DNA of 32,000 nt, taken from positions 450,001-482,000 of the forward strand of contig OZ252279.1 of assembly GCA_965250005.1 (NCBI GenBank). The letters run 5' to 3'. Positions 1 through 10,449 of this stretch are shown one piece after another (within the stretch, counting starts at the first letter, position 1; every line of letters starts with the position of its first letter). Both the position numbers and the translations under genes were made by a program. This DNA comes from Demequinaceae bacterium. Its GTDB lineage: Bacteria > Actinomycetota > Actinomycetes > Actinomycetales > Demequinaceae. A model generated the notes under the pieces. The model saw only the letters and a list, made by a program, of their open reading frames with translations. It did no database searches and was not told the DNA's origin.

Positions 1-477
1 GCCGAGGTCCGTAAGCGCGCCGATACGGTGATCGACACAAGCGAGTTCACGGTTCACGACCTCGCCGACAGGATGGTCGAAGAGCTGGGCGCTGAATCTG
101 ATGTTGAACTCCTCGTCCACGTGCAGTCGTTCGGTTATCGCAACGGAATGCCCACGGACGCGGACTTTGTCGCCGACGTTCGCTTCCTGGACAACCCGCA
201 CTGGGACCCGAACCTGCGGCCCCTCACGGGAAAGGATGAGGCCGTGCGCGACTTTGTCCTTAACGCCGAAGGTGCGAGCGAGTTTCTGGACGCGTACGTC
301 GCGCTTGTAGACGTGGCCCTCCGCCGCTATCGCGCTCACGACAAACACCACGTCACGATCGCCGTCGGCTGCACGGGCGGCAGACACCGCTCGATCGCGA
401 TTTCGGAAGCGATGGCGAATCGCCTTGAAGATCACGGCTACCGAGTCAAGACATCGCATCGGGACACCGAGGTCTAG
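1..477 (+). CDS. rapZ: RNase adapter protein RapZ (P-loop nucleotide-binding family), C-terminal part, truncated by left window edge
   Basis: In-frame coding extends left of the listed ORF (AEVRKRADTVIDTSEFTVHDL...). RapZ C-terminal signatures VHVQSFGYRNGMPTDADFVADVRFLDNPHW, LRPLTGKD, and VAVGCTGGRHRS-like IAVGCTGGRHRSIAISE; lies next to whiA. Confidence 0.95.
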   Translation, partial: AEVRKRADTVIDTSEFTVHDLADRMVEELGAESDVELLVHVQSFGYRNGMPTDADFVADVRFLDNPHWDPNLRPLTGKDEAVRDFVLNAEGASEFLDAYVALVDVALRRYRAHDKHHVTIAVGCTGGRHRSIAISEAMANRLEDHGYRVKTSHRDTEV

Positions 478-540
478 TTGCCCTCTATCCGGAATTACTC
501 GCTGGACACGGGCGTCCCCCATTAGTGGCAGAATTGCGCC

Positions 541-1521
541 ATGGCATTGACCGCAGCGGCGAAGGATGAACTCGCCAGAGTTCCCGTGGAAAAGGTCTCT
601 AGCCGGAAGGCGGAGATCGCGACCACGCTCAGGTTCGCGGGCGGACTTCACATTGTCTCGGGGCGCATCGTCATCGAGGCAGAGCTGGATACGGCCGCTG
701 GTGCGCGTCGGCTCCGCCAGTTCATCGCCGACGTCTACGGCCACAAATCGGAGATCATCGTCGTGTCCGGGAGCGCCCTGAAGAAGGGCAATCGGTACGT
801 GGTCAGAATCGTGAAGGACGGCGAGTCGCTCGCGCGGCAAACGGGTCTGCTCGATCACCGCGGCCGGCCAGTGCGTGGACTGCCTCCGCAAGTGGTTGGC
901 GGTTCGATTGAGGACACAGTCGCCGCTTGGCGCGGAGCATTCCTCGCGCACGGGTCGCTCACGGAACCGGGCCGGTCCTCAGCTCTCGAAGTAACGTCAC
1001 CCGGACCCGAGGCCGCTCTTGCCCTCGTAGGCGCAGCCCGCCGGCTCGGCGTCACGGCCAAGTCCCGCGAGGTGCGCGGTGTCGATCGCGTCGTGATTCG
1101 AGACGGTGACGCGATTAGCGCCTTGCTTGCCCGCCTGGGCGCTCATGAGGCCGTGCTCGCGTGGGAAGAGAAACGCATCCGACGCGAAGTTCGTGGCACG
1201 GCCAACCGGCTCGCGAACTTTGACGACGCGAACTTGCGGCGGAGCGCACGCGCCGCTGTCGCCGCGGGATCTAGGGTTCAGCGCGCTTTCGAAATCCTTG
1301 GTGATGACGTCCCCGAGCATCTGCGAGAAGCGGGCGAACTCCGCCTCAACCACAAGGAGGCCTCCCTCGAGGAGCTCGGCAAGATGGCCGACCCGGCGCT
1401 GACCAAAGACGCAGTCGCGGGACGCATCCGGCGCCTGCTGGCTACGGCTGACAAACGTGCAGAAGATCTGGGCGTCGCGGACACCGAAGCGGGCCTTGAC
1501 GGGCAGTTGCTGGACGACTAG
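541..1521 (+). CDS. whiA: DNA-binding protein WhiA (sporulation transcription regulator family)
   Basis: 326 aa; [15 protein letters not shown]-terminus, C-terminal helix-turn-helix part [23 protein letters not shown]...[39 protein letters not shown]. Confidence 0.95.
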   Translation: MALTAAAKDELARVPVEKVSSRKAEIATTLRFAGGLHIVSGRIVIEAELDTAAGARRLRQFIADVYGHKSEIIVVSGSALKKGNRYVVRIVKDGESLARQTGLLDHRGRPVRGLPPQVVGGSIEDTVAAWRGAFLAHGSLTEPGRSSALEVTSPGPEAALALVGAARRLGVTAKSREVRGVDRVVIRDGDAISALLARLGAHEAVLAWEEKRIRREVRGTANRLANFDDANLRRSARAAVAAGSRVQRAFEILGDDVPEHLREAGELRLNHKEASLEELGKMADPALTKDAVAGRIRRLLATADKRAEDLGVADTEAGLDGQLLDD

Positions 1522-1539
1522 ACGTCTGCATGAACATGA

Positions 1540-1563
1540 CATGCGTGACTTACGTCATGCGTG
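1540..1563. promoter_or_regulatory. Imperfect inverted repeat CATGCGTGAC-ttac-GTCATGCGTG downstream of whiA
   Basis: 10-bp arms (two G-T pairs) with a 4-nt loop, 19 nt after the whiA stop. Confidence 0.4.
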
Positions 1564-1632
1564 TTGGAGCGCCGAACCGTAGTAACCTTGGAGGTAGTTC
1601 CTCGCCCACGCGCGAGGACGCGCGTACGTTGA

Positions 1633-2691
<1,059 letters not shown>

Positions 2692-2702
2692 AACTGACGC
2701 AT

Positions 2703-2739
2703 GCAACGTCCGTGCACGCCTCGCGTGTGCGGACGTTGC
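2703..2739 (+). terminator. Strong intercistronic hairpin between gap and pgk
   Basis: GCAACGTCCGTGCACGC-CTC-GCGTGTGCGGACGTTGC, 17 pairs (two wobble), 3-nt loop; no clear U-tract follows. Confidence 0.6.
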
Positions 2740-2783
2740 TGTGTGCAGGCGCAAAACTTCCGAACGAAACCCGAGGAACTTTC

Positions 2784-3977
2784 ATGAAGACCATCGACTC
2801 GCTGGGCGACCTGGCAGGTAGGCGCGTTCTCGTTCGCGCGGACCTCAACGTGCCGCTGGACGGCACAACAATCACCGATGATGGGCGTGTGCGCGCCTCC
2901 GTCGCCACGATCAACAAACTCCGACGCAGCGGCGCCAAAGTAATAGTTCTCGCGCACCTGGGTCGCCCCGGCGGCGAGCCCACGCCTGAATACTCGCTTG
3001 CACCCGTCGCTGCGCGTCTCGCTGAGGTCCTGGATGCACCTGTCGCCTTCGCTACGGACCTGGTGGGCGAGTCCGCAAAAGAGACTGTCGCTTCGCTCGG
3101 CGACGGCGCGGTTGCCCTGCTCGAGAACGTTCGCTTCGACGCTCGCGAAACCTCGAAAGACGACGCCGAGCGCGCCTCTCTCGCCGCAGAACTTGCCGCC
3201 TTTGGCGACGCGTACGTCTCGGATGGTTTCGGGGTAATCCACCGCAAGCAGGCTTCTGTCTATGACATCGCTTCACTTCTCCCCGCCGCCGCGGGCACGC
3301 TCGTGGAGAAGGAAGTCCTGTCGCTCAGTCGAGCAACCACCGACCCCGAACGCCCCTACGTCGTCATTCTCGGTGGCTCCAAGGTTTCCGACAAACTGGG
3401 CGTGATCGCGAACCTGCTCAAGAAGGCCGACCGAATCCTGATCGGTGGCGGAATGGTATTCACCTTCCTCGCCGCGCAGGGGCACAAGGTCGGCTCGTCG
3501 CTCCTTGAGGAAGACCAGATCGATAACGTCAGAGGCTATCTCGCGTCGGCCGAAACCTCCGGAGTCGAGATTGTCCTTCCCACGGACATCGTGGCCGCGG
3601 CGCGCTTTGCGGCTGACGCAGACCATAACACGGTCGCAGCTGACGCCATCCCAGACGACCGCATGGGCCTCGACATTGGCCCGGACTCTAGCGTTCTGTT
3701 CGCTTCCAAAATCGCTGACGCCAAGACCATCGTCTGGAACGGACCTATGGGCGTCTTTGAGTTTGACGCATTTGCCGCAGGCACGCGGGCCGTAGCCCAG
3801 GCCATGATCGAATCCGAAGGGTTCTCGGTGGTAGGCGGGGGAGACTCAGCTGCCGCGGTGCGTCGCCTAGGCTTCGACGAGGCGGCATTTGGCCACATCT
3901 CGACCGGAGGCGGCGCAAGCCTCGAACTGCTTGAAGGGAAGGTCCTTCCGGGCCTTGCCGTACTAGAGGAGAACTGA
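2784..3977 (+). CDS. pgk: Phosphoglycerate kinase
   Basis: [83 protein letters not shown] at 2784 chosen over the ORF start at 2634. Confidence 0.97.
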   Translation: MKTIDSLGDLAGRRVLVRADLNVPLDGTTITDDGRVRASVATINKLRRSGAKVIVLAHLGRPGGEPTPEYSLAPVAARLAEVLDAPVAFATDLVGESAKETVASLGDGAVALLENVRFDARETSKDDAERASLAAELAAFGDAYVSDGFGVIHRKQASVYDIASLLPAAAGTLVEKEVLSLSRATTDPERPYVVILGGSKVSDKLGVIANLLKKADRILIGGGMVFTFLAAQGHKVGSSLLEEDQIDNVRGYLASAETSGVEIVLPTDIVAAARFAADADHNTVAADAIPDDRMGLDIGPDSSVLFASKIADAKTIVWNGPMGVFEFDAFAAGTRAVAQAMIESEGFSVVGGGDSAAAVRRLGFDEAAFGHISTGGGASLELLEGKVLPGLAVLEEN

Positions 3978-3979
3978 AG

Positions 3980-4771
3980 ATGGCACGCACACCCCTTATT
4001 GCGGGCAACTGGAAGCTGAACCTCGACCACCTCGAGGCCATGCACACAGTCCAGAAACTCGCTTGGCTCCTTCGTGACGCCAGCCACAATTTCGCGGAGG
4101 TGGAAGTTGCCGTACTGCCCTCCTTCACCTCGATCCGGTCCGTACAGACACTCGTCCATGCCGATCAACTCGAGATCAAGTACGGTGGCCAGGACATCTC
4201 GATGTACGCCAACGGCGCATACACGGGGGAAATCTCCGGCGACATGCTCAAAAAGCTCGGCGTCTCGTACGTGGCTGTTGGCCACTCGGAACGACGCGAG
4301 CATCATGCAGAGGATGACGCGACCGTCGCCGCCAAGGTCAAGGTGGCGTACGAGAACGACATCGTGCCCATTGTTTGCGTTGGCGAAGGACTCGACGTCC
4401 GCAAGCAGGGACACCAAGTCGAGCACACGCTCGCCCAGATCGATGGCGCCCTTGACGGCCTCTCCGCAGAGTCAGCTGCGGATGTTGTTTTTGCTTACGA
4501 GCCCGTGTGGGCGATCGGAACCGGCGAGGTCGCGACACCTGCTGACGCTCAAGAAGTCTGCGCCGCTATTCGTGAACGAATCGCGAGTCTCTACTCTCAG
4601 ACTCTTGCCGACGGGGTCCGTGTGCTGTACGGCGGCTCGGTCAAATCGGGCAACATCGCGTCGATCATGGCTGAGGCTGACGTAGACGGTGCCTTGGTCG
4701 GTGGAGCAAGCCTCGACCCGGAAGAGTTTTCGAAGATTGCGCGCTTTCCGTCCCACCAGGTGGGTCTGTAA
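3980..4771 (+). CDS. tpiA: Triosephosphate isomerase
   Basis: [58 protein letters not shown]. Confidence 0.97.
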   Translation: MARTPLIAGNWKLNLDHLEAMHTVQKLAWLLRDASHNFAEVEVAVLPSFTSIRSVQTLVHADQLEIKYGGQDISMYANGAYTGEISGDMLKKLGVSYVAVGHSERREHHAEDDATVAAKVKVAYENDIVPIVCVGEGLDVRKQGHQVEHTLAQIDGALDGLSAESAADVVFAYEPVWAIGTGEVATPADAQEVCAAIRERIASLYSQTLADGVRVLYGGSVKSGNIASIMAEADVDGALVGGASLDPEEFSKIARFPSHQVGL

Positions 4772-4824
4772 ACGTCTAGCGCGACATCGCGTATTCTATA
4801 GCCACACACGAACCGAGGAGCACC

Positions 4825-5070
4825 GTGGAAGCACTAACAACAACCCTGCAGATCTTGCTCGTCGTATTAGGCGCGCTCGTGATCGGGCTTGTGCTCATTC
4901 ACCGCGGTCGCGGCGGTGGAATCTCCGACATGTTCGGCGGTGGCATCGCATCGGGCATCCAATCGAGCGGCTCCGGCGAGCGCAACCTCACGCGGTTCAC
5001 GTGGGGCGTTGCGGTCGCCTGGGGCATGATCACCGTGCTACTCGGCCTAGTCGCCAAGTACACGATCTAG
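4825..5070 (+). CDS. secG: Preprotein translocase subunit SecG
   Basis: 81 aa with two hydrophobic segments and IHRGRGGGISDMFGGG motif; GTG start after GAGGAG. Confidence 0.93.
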   Translation: MEALTTTLQILLVVLGALVIGLVLIHRGRGGGISDMFGGGIASGIQSSGSGERNLTRFTWGVAVAWGMITVLLGLVAKYTI

Positions 5071-5078
5071 GGGGAACT

Positions 5079-5441
5079 GTGGCTGGCGGAAGTGCAATTC
5101 GTGGTTCGCGCGTAGGTGCGGGACCACTCGGGGAAGCGGCGCGGGGCGAGTCGGCTCCCCGCGTGCAAGTAGCGTATTTCTGTGCCAACAACCACACGGT
5201 CAAACCCAGTTTTGCCGTCGAAAACAGCGAAGAGCTCCCGCAAGAGTGGGACTGCCCCCGCTGCGGCTTTCCCGCAGGCCTCGACAAGGAAAACCCTCCG
5301 ATCCCCCATCGCAACGAGCCGTACAAGACACACCTCGCCTACGTGAAAGAACGACGTAGTGACTTGGAAGGTGAGACCCTGCTCAAGGAGGCCATCGACG
5401 CACTACGTGCGCGTCGAGCCGGCCCCGGGACAGCCAAGTGA
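5079..5441 (+). CDS. rbpA: RNA polymerase-binding protein RbpA
   Basis: YFCANNHTVKPSFAVENSEELPQEWDCPRCGFPAGLD...KTHLAYVKERRSDLEGETLLKEAIDALR; GTG at 5079. Confidence 0.93.
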   Translation: MAGGSAIRGSRVGAGPLGEAARGESAPRVQVAYFCANNHTVKPSFAVENSEELPQEWDCPRCGFPAGLDKENPPIPHRNEPYKTHLAYVKERRSDLEGETLLKEAIDALRARRAGPGTAK

Positions 5442-5660
5442 TCGTTGAGATCGAATCTGCGTTCCCTGCGGCTTCTTAGAACGTGCCGTTGACGCTCAGA
5501 GGGCAATCTTGGAAACCTTCGGTCAGCGCGTTGAGACTGTCACACTAAGGACAGGAGAGAAGGGCGTCTTCACGATCCGCGCGGACAGCGAGCAGATCTA
5601 TGCCAGGCCAGAACACTTCAGCATTGAAGAGATCGTCGAGCGTCAGCACGGGTCTAGCCG
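5438..5660 (+). pseudogene. SelT/SelW/SelH (Rdx) family thioredoxin-fold protein, apparently frameshifted (end approximate)
   Basis: GTG at 5438 overlaps the rbpA stop (GTGA) and encodes VIVEIE. After a 1-nt shift at about 5456-5457 the other frame reads CVPCGFLERAVDAQRAILETFGQRVETVTLRTGEKGVFTIRADSEQIYARPEHFSIEEIVE, the CxxC-containing Rdx pattern. No stop occurs at the expected place in that frame, which stays open to 6069. Confidence 0.75.
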
Positions 5661-5681
5661 CACTCGTTGTGCGTGCGTTCG

Positions 5682-6398
5682 CTACAGCGCAGCAGTTGCC
5701 GCGACATCGAGCAACCAAAGGGTCTGCTCGGTGCCCTTGACCATCCCTCCGGGATTGCCTTCTGCCTTGCTTAGCGAGCCTCGAACGGCCTCGGCTTTGC
5801 TGCCACCCGCCGCCACTACCCACACTTCACGTGCGCGCGCAATGGCGTCCAGCCCGAGGCTCACCCGCGTTGGCGGCGGCTTTGGGGAATCATGGACTGC
5901 GAGGACAACTGACTTGTGGTCAGTTAACGCGACGTGGCCGGGGAAGAGCGATGCGACGTGTGCATCTGGCCCGAGGCCCAGCATAAGGACATCGAACGAG
6001 GGACACGGGTCGCCAAAGCGGGCGAGTTCCCGGGCGTACGCAACTGCGGCCGCCTCCGCGTCGCTGTAGTCAGTCGACGACCCCATTCGGTGGATGTTCT
6101 CCTCCGGAAGTTTGAGGTGCCGCAGTAGCGCTTCCTGGGCTTGTCCTTCATTGCGGTCGGCATCACCTGTGGCAACGAAGCGTTCGTCTCCCCACCACAC
6201 ATGCACAGACATCCAGTTCACCAAGTCTCGCAGTGGAGAGTGCGCCGCCGCAGCGAGTGTTTGGATGCCGACGGTTCCGCCCGTGAGCACTACGTGCGCG
6301 ACTTCGCGCGCGGCGAGGGCATCCGTGAGCGAGGTGAGCATGCGCCCGGCGGTAGCGATGGCAACCGCCTCTGCGCTCGGGTAGATGACAGTTTTCAC
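5682..6398 (-). CDS. pgl: 6-phosphogluconolactonase
   Basis: VVLTGGTVGIQTL, HVWWGDERFVATGDADRNEGQA, LGLGPDAHVASLFPG. GTG at 6398 overlaps the opcA stop by the GTGA pattern. Confidence 0.93.
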   Translation of the reverse strand: MKTVIYPSAEAVAIATAGRMLTSLTDALAAREVAHVVLTGGTVGIQTLAAAAHSPLRDLVNWMSVHVWWGDERFVATGDADRNEGQAQEALLRHLKLPEENIHRMGSSTDYSDAEAAAVAYARELARFGDPCPSFDVLMLGLGPDAHVASLFPGHVALTDHKSVVLAVHDSPKPPPTRVSLGLDAIARAREVWVVAAGGSKAEAVRGSLSKAEGNPGGMVKGTEQTLWLLDVAATAAL

Positions 6399-7321
6399 GG
6401 GCGTTTGCTCCCACCTGCAACGGCCAGCACGTCGCCATAGAGCGGGTCGGCGTCGAGGCTCCGCAGCTCTTCTGCGAGGCAATCATTTAGCGTGCGGTGG
6501 GGGAGTGCGATCACGTGAGCGGGCTGCTCAGGCTGGGAGAACGTGGCTGTAGCGGGATCATTTCTGGAGATGCCGATTTCTCCGGACGGGGTTTCCAATA
6601 CTACGGAGAGCAGCCCTTTGACCGTCGTGTCTGTCGTCGCCTCAAAGCCACAGCCAAGCGTCTTTTTGAACCACGCGCCGAGTAGCAGCACTGATGCGCT
6701 GTTTTCAGCGCCGTGGATCCTTACGTTCGTTACGTCGCGGTCGTCCACCTGCTCGAGCGCGACCGCCAAAAGTGCGCGCCAGCGCGTGAGCCTCGCCCAG
6801 GCCAGATCAGTGTCGCCCGGCCGGTAGGAACTCGCAAGGCGCGCGAGCGTCTCTTGCGCATCAGGCTCGCCCTTGGCGTCCGTAATCCTGCGCGTGGCCA
6901 TGGCTCCAATACGGGTACCCGACGGGTTCGTTGGCGGGTCTGCAGGCCACCACGTCACGATCGGGGCGTCGGGCAGAAGGAGTGGAATAACGAGCGTGTC
7001 ATCGTGTTCCGCCATTTCGCGTGAAGGGCGCAGCACCACGATCTCTCCAGAGCCACCGTCACCCCCGACGCGAATCTCAGCGTCAAGGCGCGCCGTGGCC
7101 TCGTTGGTCGGCGACAGCACTACAACGCGGCACGGGTGTTCACGCGACGCCTCAATGGCCGAAGCGATCGCGGCCTCGTCATCCGCGCCGGTGGCATCGA
7201 TGACAAGCGTCAGAACCCTGCCGAGCGTGACGACGCCGCTCTCCGCGCGCACGCGAACGAGCTCCTTGTTGATCTGCCCTGTCGTGGTGTCCGGGAGGTC
7301 GATTATCACGGGCGCCTCCAT
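6395..7321 (-). CDS. opcA: Glucose-6-phosphate dehydrogenase assembly protein OpcA
   Basis: 308 aa; VVLSPTNEATARLDAEIRVG, LLLPDAPIVTWWPADPP, DTDLAWARLTRWRALLA; between zwf and pgl. Confidence 0.93.
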   Translation of the reverse strand: MEAPVIIDLPDTTTGQINKELVRVRAESGVVTLGRVLTLVIDATGADDEAAIASAIEASREHPCRVVVLSPTNEATARLDAEIRVGGDGGSGEIVVLRPSREMAEHDDTLVIPLLLPDAPIVTWWPADPPTNPSGTRIGAMATRRITDAKGEPDAQETLARLASSYRPGDTDLAWARLTRWRALLAVALEQVDDRDVTNVRIHGAENSASVLLLGAWFKKTLGCGFEATTDTTVKGLLSVVLETPSGEIGISRNDPATATFSQPEQPAHVIALPHRTLNDCLAEELRSLDADPLYGDVLAVAGGSKRP

Positions 7322-8823
7322 TCACGGCCGTCGCGGGCAAGCATGTCGTCTGAGCCGGCGGGGCCCCACGTGCCAGACCGGTACTGCTCGGGCTGTCCCT
7401 GTGTAGCCCAGTGTGCAGTGATCGGGTCCAGAATCTTCCACGACTGCGCCACCTCTTCGTGCCGGGGGAACAGCGGCGGGTCACCCAAGAGTACGTCCAA
7501 TATGAGTCGTTCGTAGGCCTCCGGAGAAGCTTGCGTGAATGAGTTTCCGTAGCCGAAGTCCATCGTGACGTCGCGGACCTCCATGTTGGGCCCGGGGACC
7601 TTGGAGCCGAACCTCAGCGTCACGCCCTCGTCCGGCTGGACGCGAATGACCAGCGCGTTGTTGCCGATGTCTCCTCCCGCGGCATCCGCGAATGCTGCGT
7701 TGGGCGCCTTCTTGAACACTAAAGCGATCTCCGTCACCCGACGGCCCAGGCGCTTGCCTGCGCGAAGATAAAACGGCGTGCCTTGCCAGCGGGAATTGTC
7801 GATGTCGAGGCGGATTGCTGCGTATGTCTCGGTGATGGAGTCTGGAGCGATTCCGTGTTCGTCGAGGAAGCCTCCGACTTGCTCTCCTCCACGCCAGCCG
7901 GCCGCGTACTGGCCTCGCGCGGTGCCTGCCGAGAGATCGTCGGGGAGGACGACTGAACGAAGGACCTTCTCTTTTTGGTCACGCAGATGATGGGCCTCGA
8001 AGCTCGCGGGCTGTTCCATCGCGGTAAGCGCCATTAACTGAAGCAGGTGGTTCTGAATAACGTCCCGCGCGGCGCCGATGCCGTCGTAGTATCCCGCGCG
8101 CCCGCCAATCCCGATGTCCTCGGCCATGGTGATCTGCACGTGGTCGATGTGCTCAGCATTCCAAATCGGCTCGAAGAGTTGGTTCGCGAAGCGAAGCGCT
8201 AGCAGGTTCTGGACCGTCTCTTTGCCCAGGTAGTGGTCGATGCGGAAGATCGAGTCGGGGGGGAATACTTCGGAGACCACGGCGTCAAGCTCGTTTGCAC
8301 TCGCGAGATCGTGGCCGAATGGCTTCTCGATGACAACGCGGCGCCAGGCGTCCTTGGTGAATGTGGAGAGGCCAGAATCTGCCAGCCGTCGGCATACCGT
8401 CGGGAATAGGGCGGGCGGGATCGACAGATAGAACGCGTGGTTTCCGTCGGTCCCACGTTTCTGGTCGAGTTCCTCGACAGTTTCGCGCAGGCGTTCAAAG
8501 GCTTCAGGATCGTCGAACGTGCCCTCAACAAACCGAATGCCTTCGGCGAGGCGTTCCCAGGTTTCTTCGCGGAACGGCGTGCGCGCGTATTCCTTGATCG
8601 CGTCGTGAACCACCTGCTTGAAGTCCTCGCGGTCCCACTCGCGCCGAGCGAAGCCAGTCAGCGCGAAAGCGGGAGGTAGTAGGCCGCGGTTGGCGAGATC
8701 GTAGATGGCGGGCAAGAGCTTCTTGCGCGCAAGGTCGCCGGTCACGCCAAACAGCACCAGACCGCAAGACCCGGCAATCCGGGGCAGTCTACGGTCGCGC
8801 GGATCGCGCAACGGGTTGTTCAC
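7306..8823 (-). CDS. zwf: Glucose-6-phosphate 1-dehydrogenase
   Basis: GLVLFGVTGDLARKKLLPAIYDLANRG, VVIEKPFGHDLASA, RIDHYLGKETVQNLLALRFAN, YLRAGKRLGRRVTEIALVFK. Confidence 0.97.
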   Translation of the reverse strand: MNNPLRDPRDRRLPRIAGSCGLVLFGVTGDLARKKLLPAIYDLANRGLLPPAFALTGFARREWDREDFKQVVHDAIKEYARTPFREETWERLAEGIRFVEGTFDDPEAFERLRETVEELDQKRGTDGNHAFYLSIPPALFPTVCRRLADSGLSTFTKDAWRRVVIEKPFGHDLASANELDAVVSEVFPPDSIFRIDHYLGKETVQNLLALRFANQLFEPIWNAEHIDHVQITMAEDIGIGGRAGYYDGIGAARDVIQNHLLQLMALTAMEQPASFEAHHLRDQKEKVLRSVVLPDDLSAGTARGQYAAGWRGGEQVGGFLDEHGIAPDSITETYAAIRLDIDNSRWQGTPFYLRAGKRLGRRVTEIALVFKKAPNAAFADAAGGDIGNNALVIRVQPDEGVTLRFGSKVPGPNMEVRDVTMDFGYGNSFTQASPEAYERLILDVLLGDPPLFPRHEEVAQSWKILDPITAHWATQGQPEQYRSGTWGPAGSDDMLARDGREWRRP

Positions 8824-8826
8824 GCC

Positions 8827-10449
8827 CTAGCCTTCCAAGATTGCTTGTACGCGGGCCACCTGCGACTCGTCCGTGAGGTTGAGGCGCAGCACAGGCCTGC
8901 CGAGCCGTCCGAGCACACCTGCGTCACCCTCGGCCTGCGAGCGGATCAGTGTTCCGAAAGTGAACGGGCGGTCCGGAATCGCGAGGTCGTCTGCGAATGT
9001 ACCCGTGACCTGGAGGAATACGCCGACGGGGGCACCGCCCTTGTGCAACTGGCCCGTCGAGTGCAAGAATCGCGGACCCCACCCGAAGGTGACGGGGCGC
9101 CCGGTCCTGCGCGCAATGGCCGTGCGGACAGATTCGAACTCCCCGTGACGCTCGCGATTGAGGTACGTCATGATGGCAAGATACCCACGGCTACCGAGCT
9201 CGGATTCAAGCGCCCGGACGGCCTCTTCAACGGTCGATGCACTCGGGGCGAGACCCTCGGTCATGCGGACCTCGATGCCGTCGTCCTCGAACGCGATGGG
9301 CTCGGGAGCTGGCGTGCTCTCGAGTAGCCCGCGCGAGGCGATTTTGGCGGACTCCACGTTCGGCTGGTCGAACGGGTTGATACTCATGATGCGTCCGGCG
9401 ATCGCGGTAGCGTACTCCCAGAGCAGAAACTGGCCGCCGAGCGTTCCGGAAACGGTAATGCATGTGCCGTCGCTGTCCCCGTCGAAACCAATGAGACGCA
9501 CCTCGATCGTGTCGGGCTCTCCGATTTCGGGAGCTGCGTCACCCGTGATCACTGGCACGAGGCCAACGCCATTCTTGCCTGTCGACTCCGCTATGAGCTG
9601 CTCCGCCCAGTCGCCTATTCCGTGAATGTTGACGGACTGGTTGGTGAAGACGAGTTTGTCGCGGTTGGAACCGGCGATCGCGGCGCCTAGCACCAGCGCG
9701 GGGTTGGCGTCCATGTCTTCGGCGAGCGACGGAGCCACGGCTGCGGCCTCATCGAGCAGATCCGCGACGGGGACACCGGCGAGCGCCGCCGGCACCAGGC
9801 CAAAGGCACTCAGCACTGAAAAGCGGCCACCCACGTTAGGGTCGGCGAGAAACACCGCACGGTAGCCCGCGGCGCTGGAGGCCTTCTCGAGGGGGGACCC
9901 GGGGTCGGTGACCACCACGATGTGTTGGCGCGGGTCGAGACCTGCATTCTTGAACGCGGCTTCGAACGTGCGCCGCTGGGAGTCAGTCTCCACCGTTCCG
10001 CCGGACTTGGAGGAGACGACGACGACCGTAGCAGCGAGATTCCCGCTGAGCGCGTGGCGCACTTGATCGGGGTCCGTCGAGTCAAGAGTGACCAGCGGAA
10101 CGCCGTACGTCTTGCAGATTACCTCCGGGCCGAGCGAGGAGCCGCCCATGCCGCACAGGACCACCCGGGTCTTGCCCTCGGATTTGACCTCCGCCGCCAA
10201 CCCGCCGAGTTCGCTAAGGATCGAACGCGTGCTCTCGTGAAGGTCGACCCAGCCAAGGCGAATTCTGGATTCTGATTCGGCTTCCGGGCCCCATAGCTTC
10301 CAGTCTTTCGCGGCGATCCGCGACGCCACCTTGTCACGGATGAGCTCGCGCAGTCGCTGCGCTACTGGAATCGCGGGGTCGCCAGAGACAGTGACCGCGA
10401 CGTGCGCCTCGGATTCCACGCCCGCCCAAACCGAAATGAAATCGGTCAC
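8827..10449 (-). CDS. pgi: Glucose-6-phosphate isomerase
   Basis: VVLCGMGGSSLGPEV, VVVSSKSGGTVETDS, VGGRFSVLSAFGLVPAAL, RFLHSTGQLHKGG; 540 aa. GTG start overlaps the tkt stop. Confidence 0.94.
   Translation of the reverse strand: MTDFISVWAGVESEAHVAVTVSGDPAIPVAQRLRELIRDKVASRIAAKDWKLWGPEAESESRIRLGWVDLHESTRSILSELGGLAAEVKSEGKTRVVLCGMGGSSLGPEVICKTYGVPLVTLDSTDPDQVRHALSGNLAATVVVVSSKSGGTVETDSQRRTFEAAFKNAGLDPRQHIVVVTDPGSPLEKASSAAGYRAVFLADPNVGGRFSVLSAFGLVPAALAGVPVADLLDEAAAVAPSLAEDMDANPALVLGAAIAGSNRDKLVFTNQSVNIHGIGDWAEQLIAESTGKNGVGLVPVITGDAAPEIGEPDTIEVRLIGFDGDSDGTCITVSGTLGGQFLLWEYATAIAGRIMSINPFDQPNVESAKIASRGLLESTPAPEPIAFEDDGIEVRMTEGLAPSASTVEEAVRALESELGSRGYLAIMTYLNRERHGEFESVRTAIARRTGRPVTFGWGPRFLHSTGQLHKGGAPVGVFLQVTGTFADDLAIPDRPFTFGTLIRSQAEGDAGVLGRLGRPVLRLNLTDESQVARVQAILEG

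Noticed and set aside
3536-4426. 296-aa minus-strand ORF opposite pgk/tpiA
   Set aside because: Antisense to two unmistakable genes; low-complexity basic/Ser-Pro composition typical of GC-rich shadow ORFs.
5509-6069. Full 186-aa plus-strand ORF as annotated by the ORF track
   Set aside because: Only the first roughly 45 residues match a real family (Rdx); the rest is antisense to pgl.
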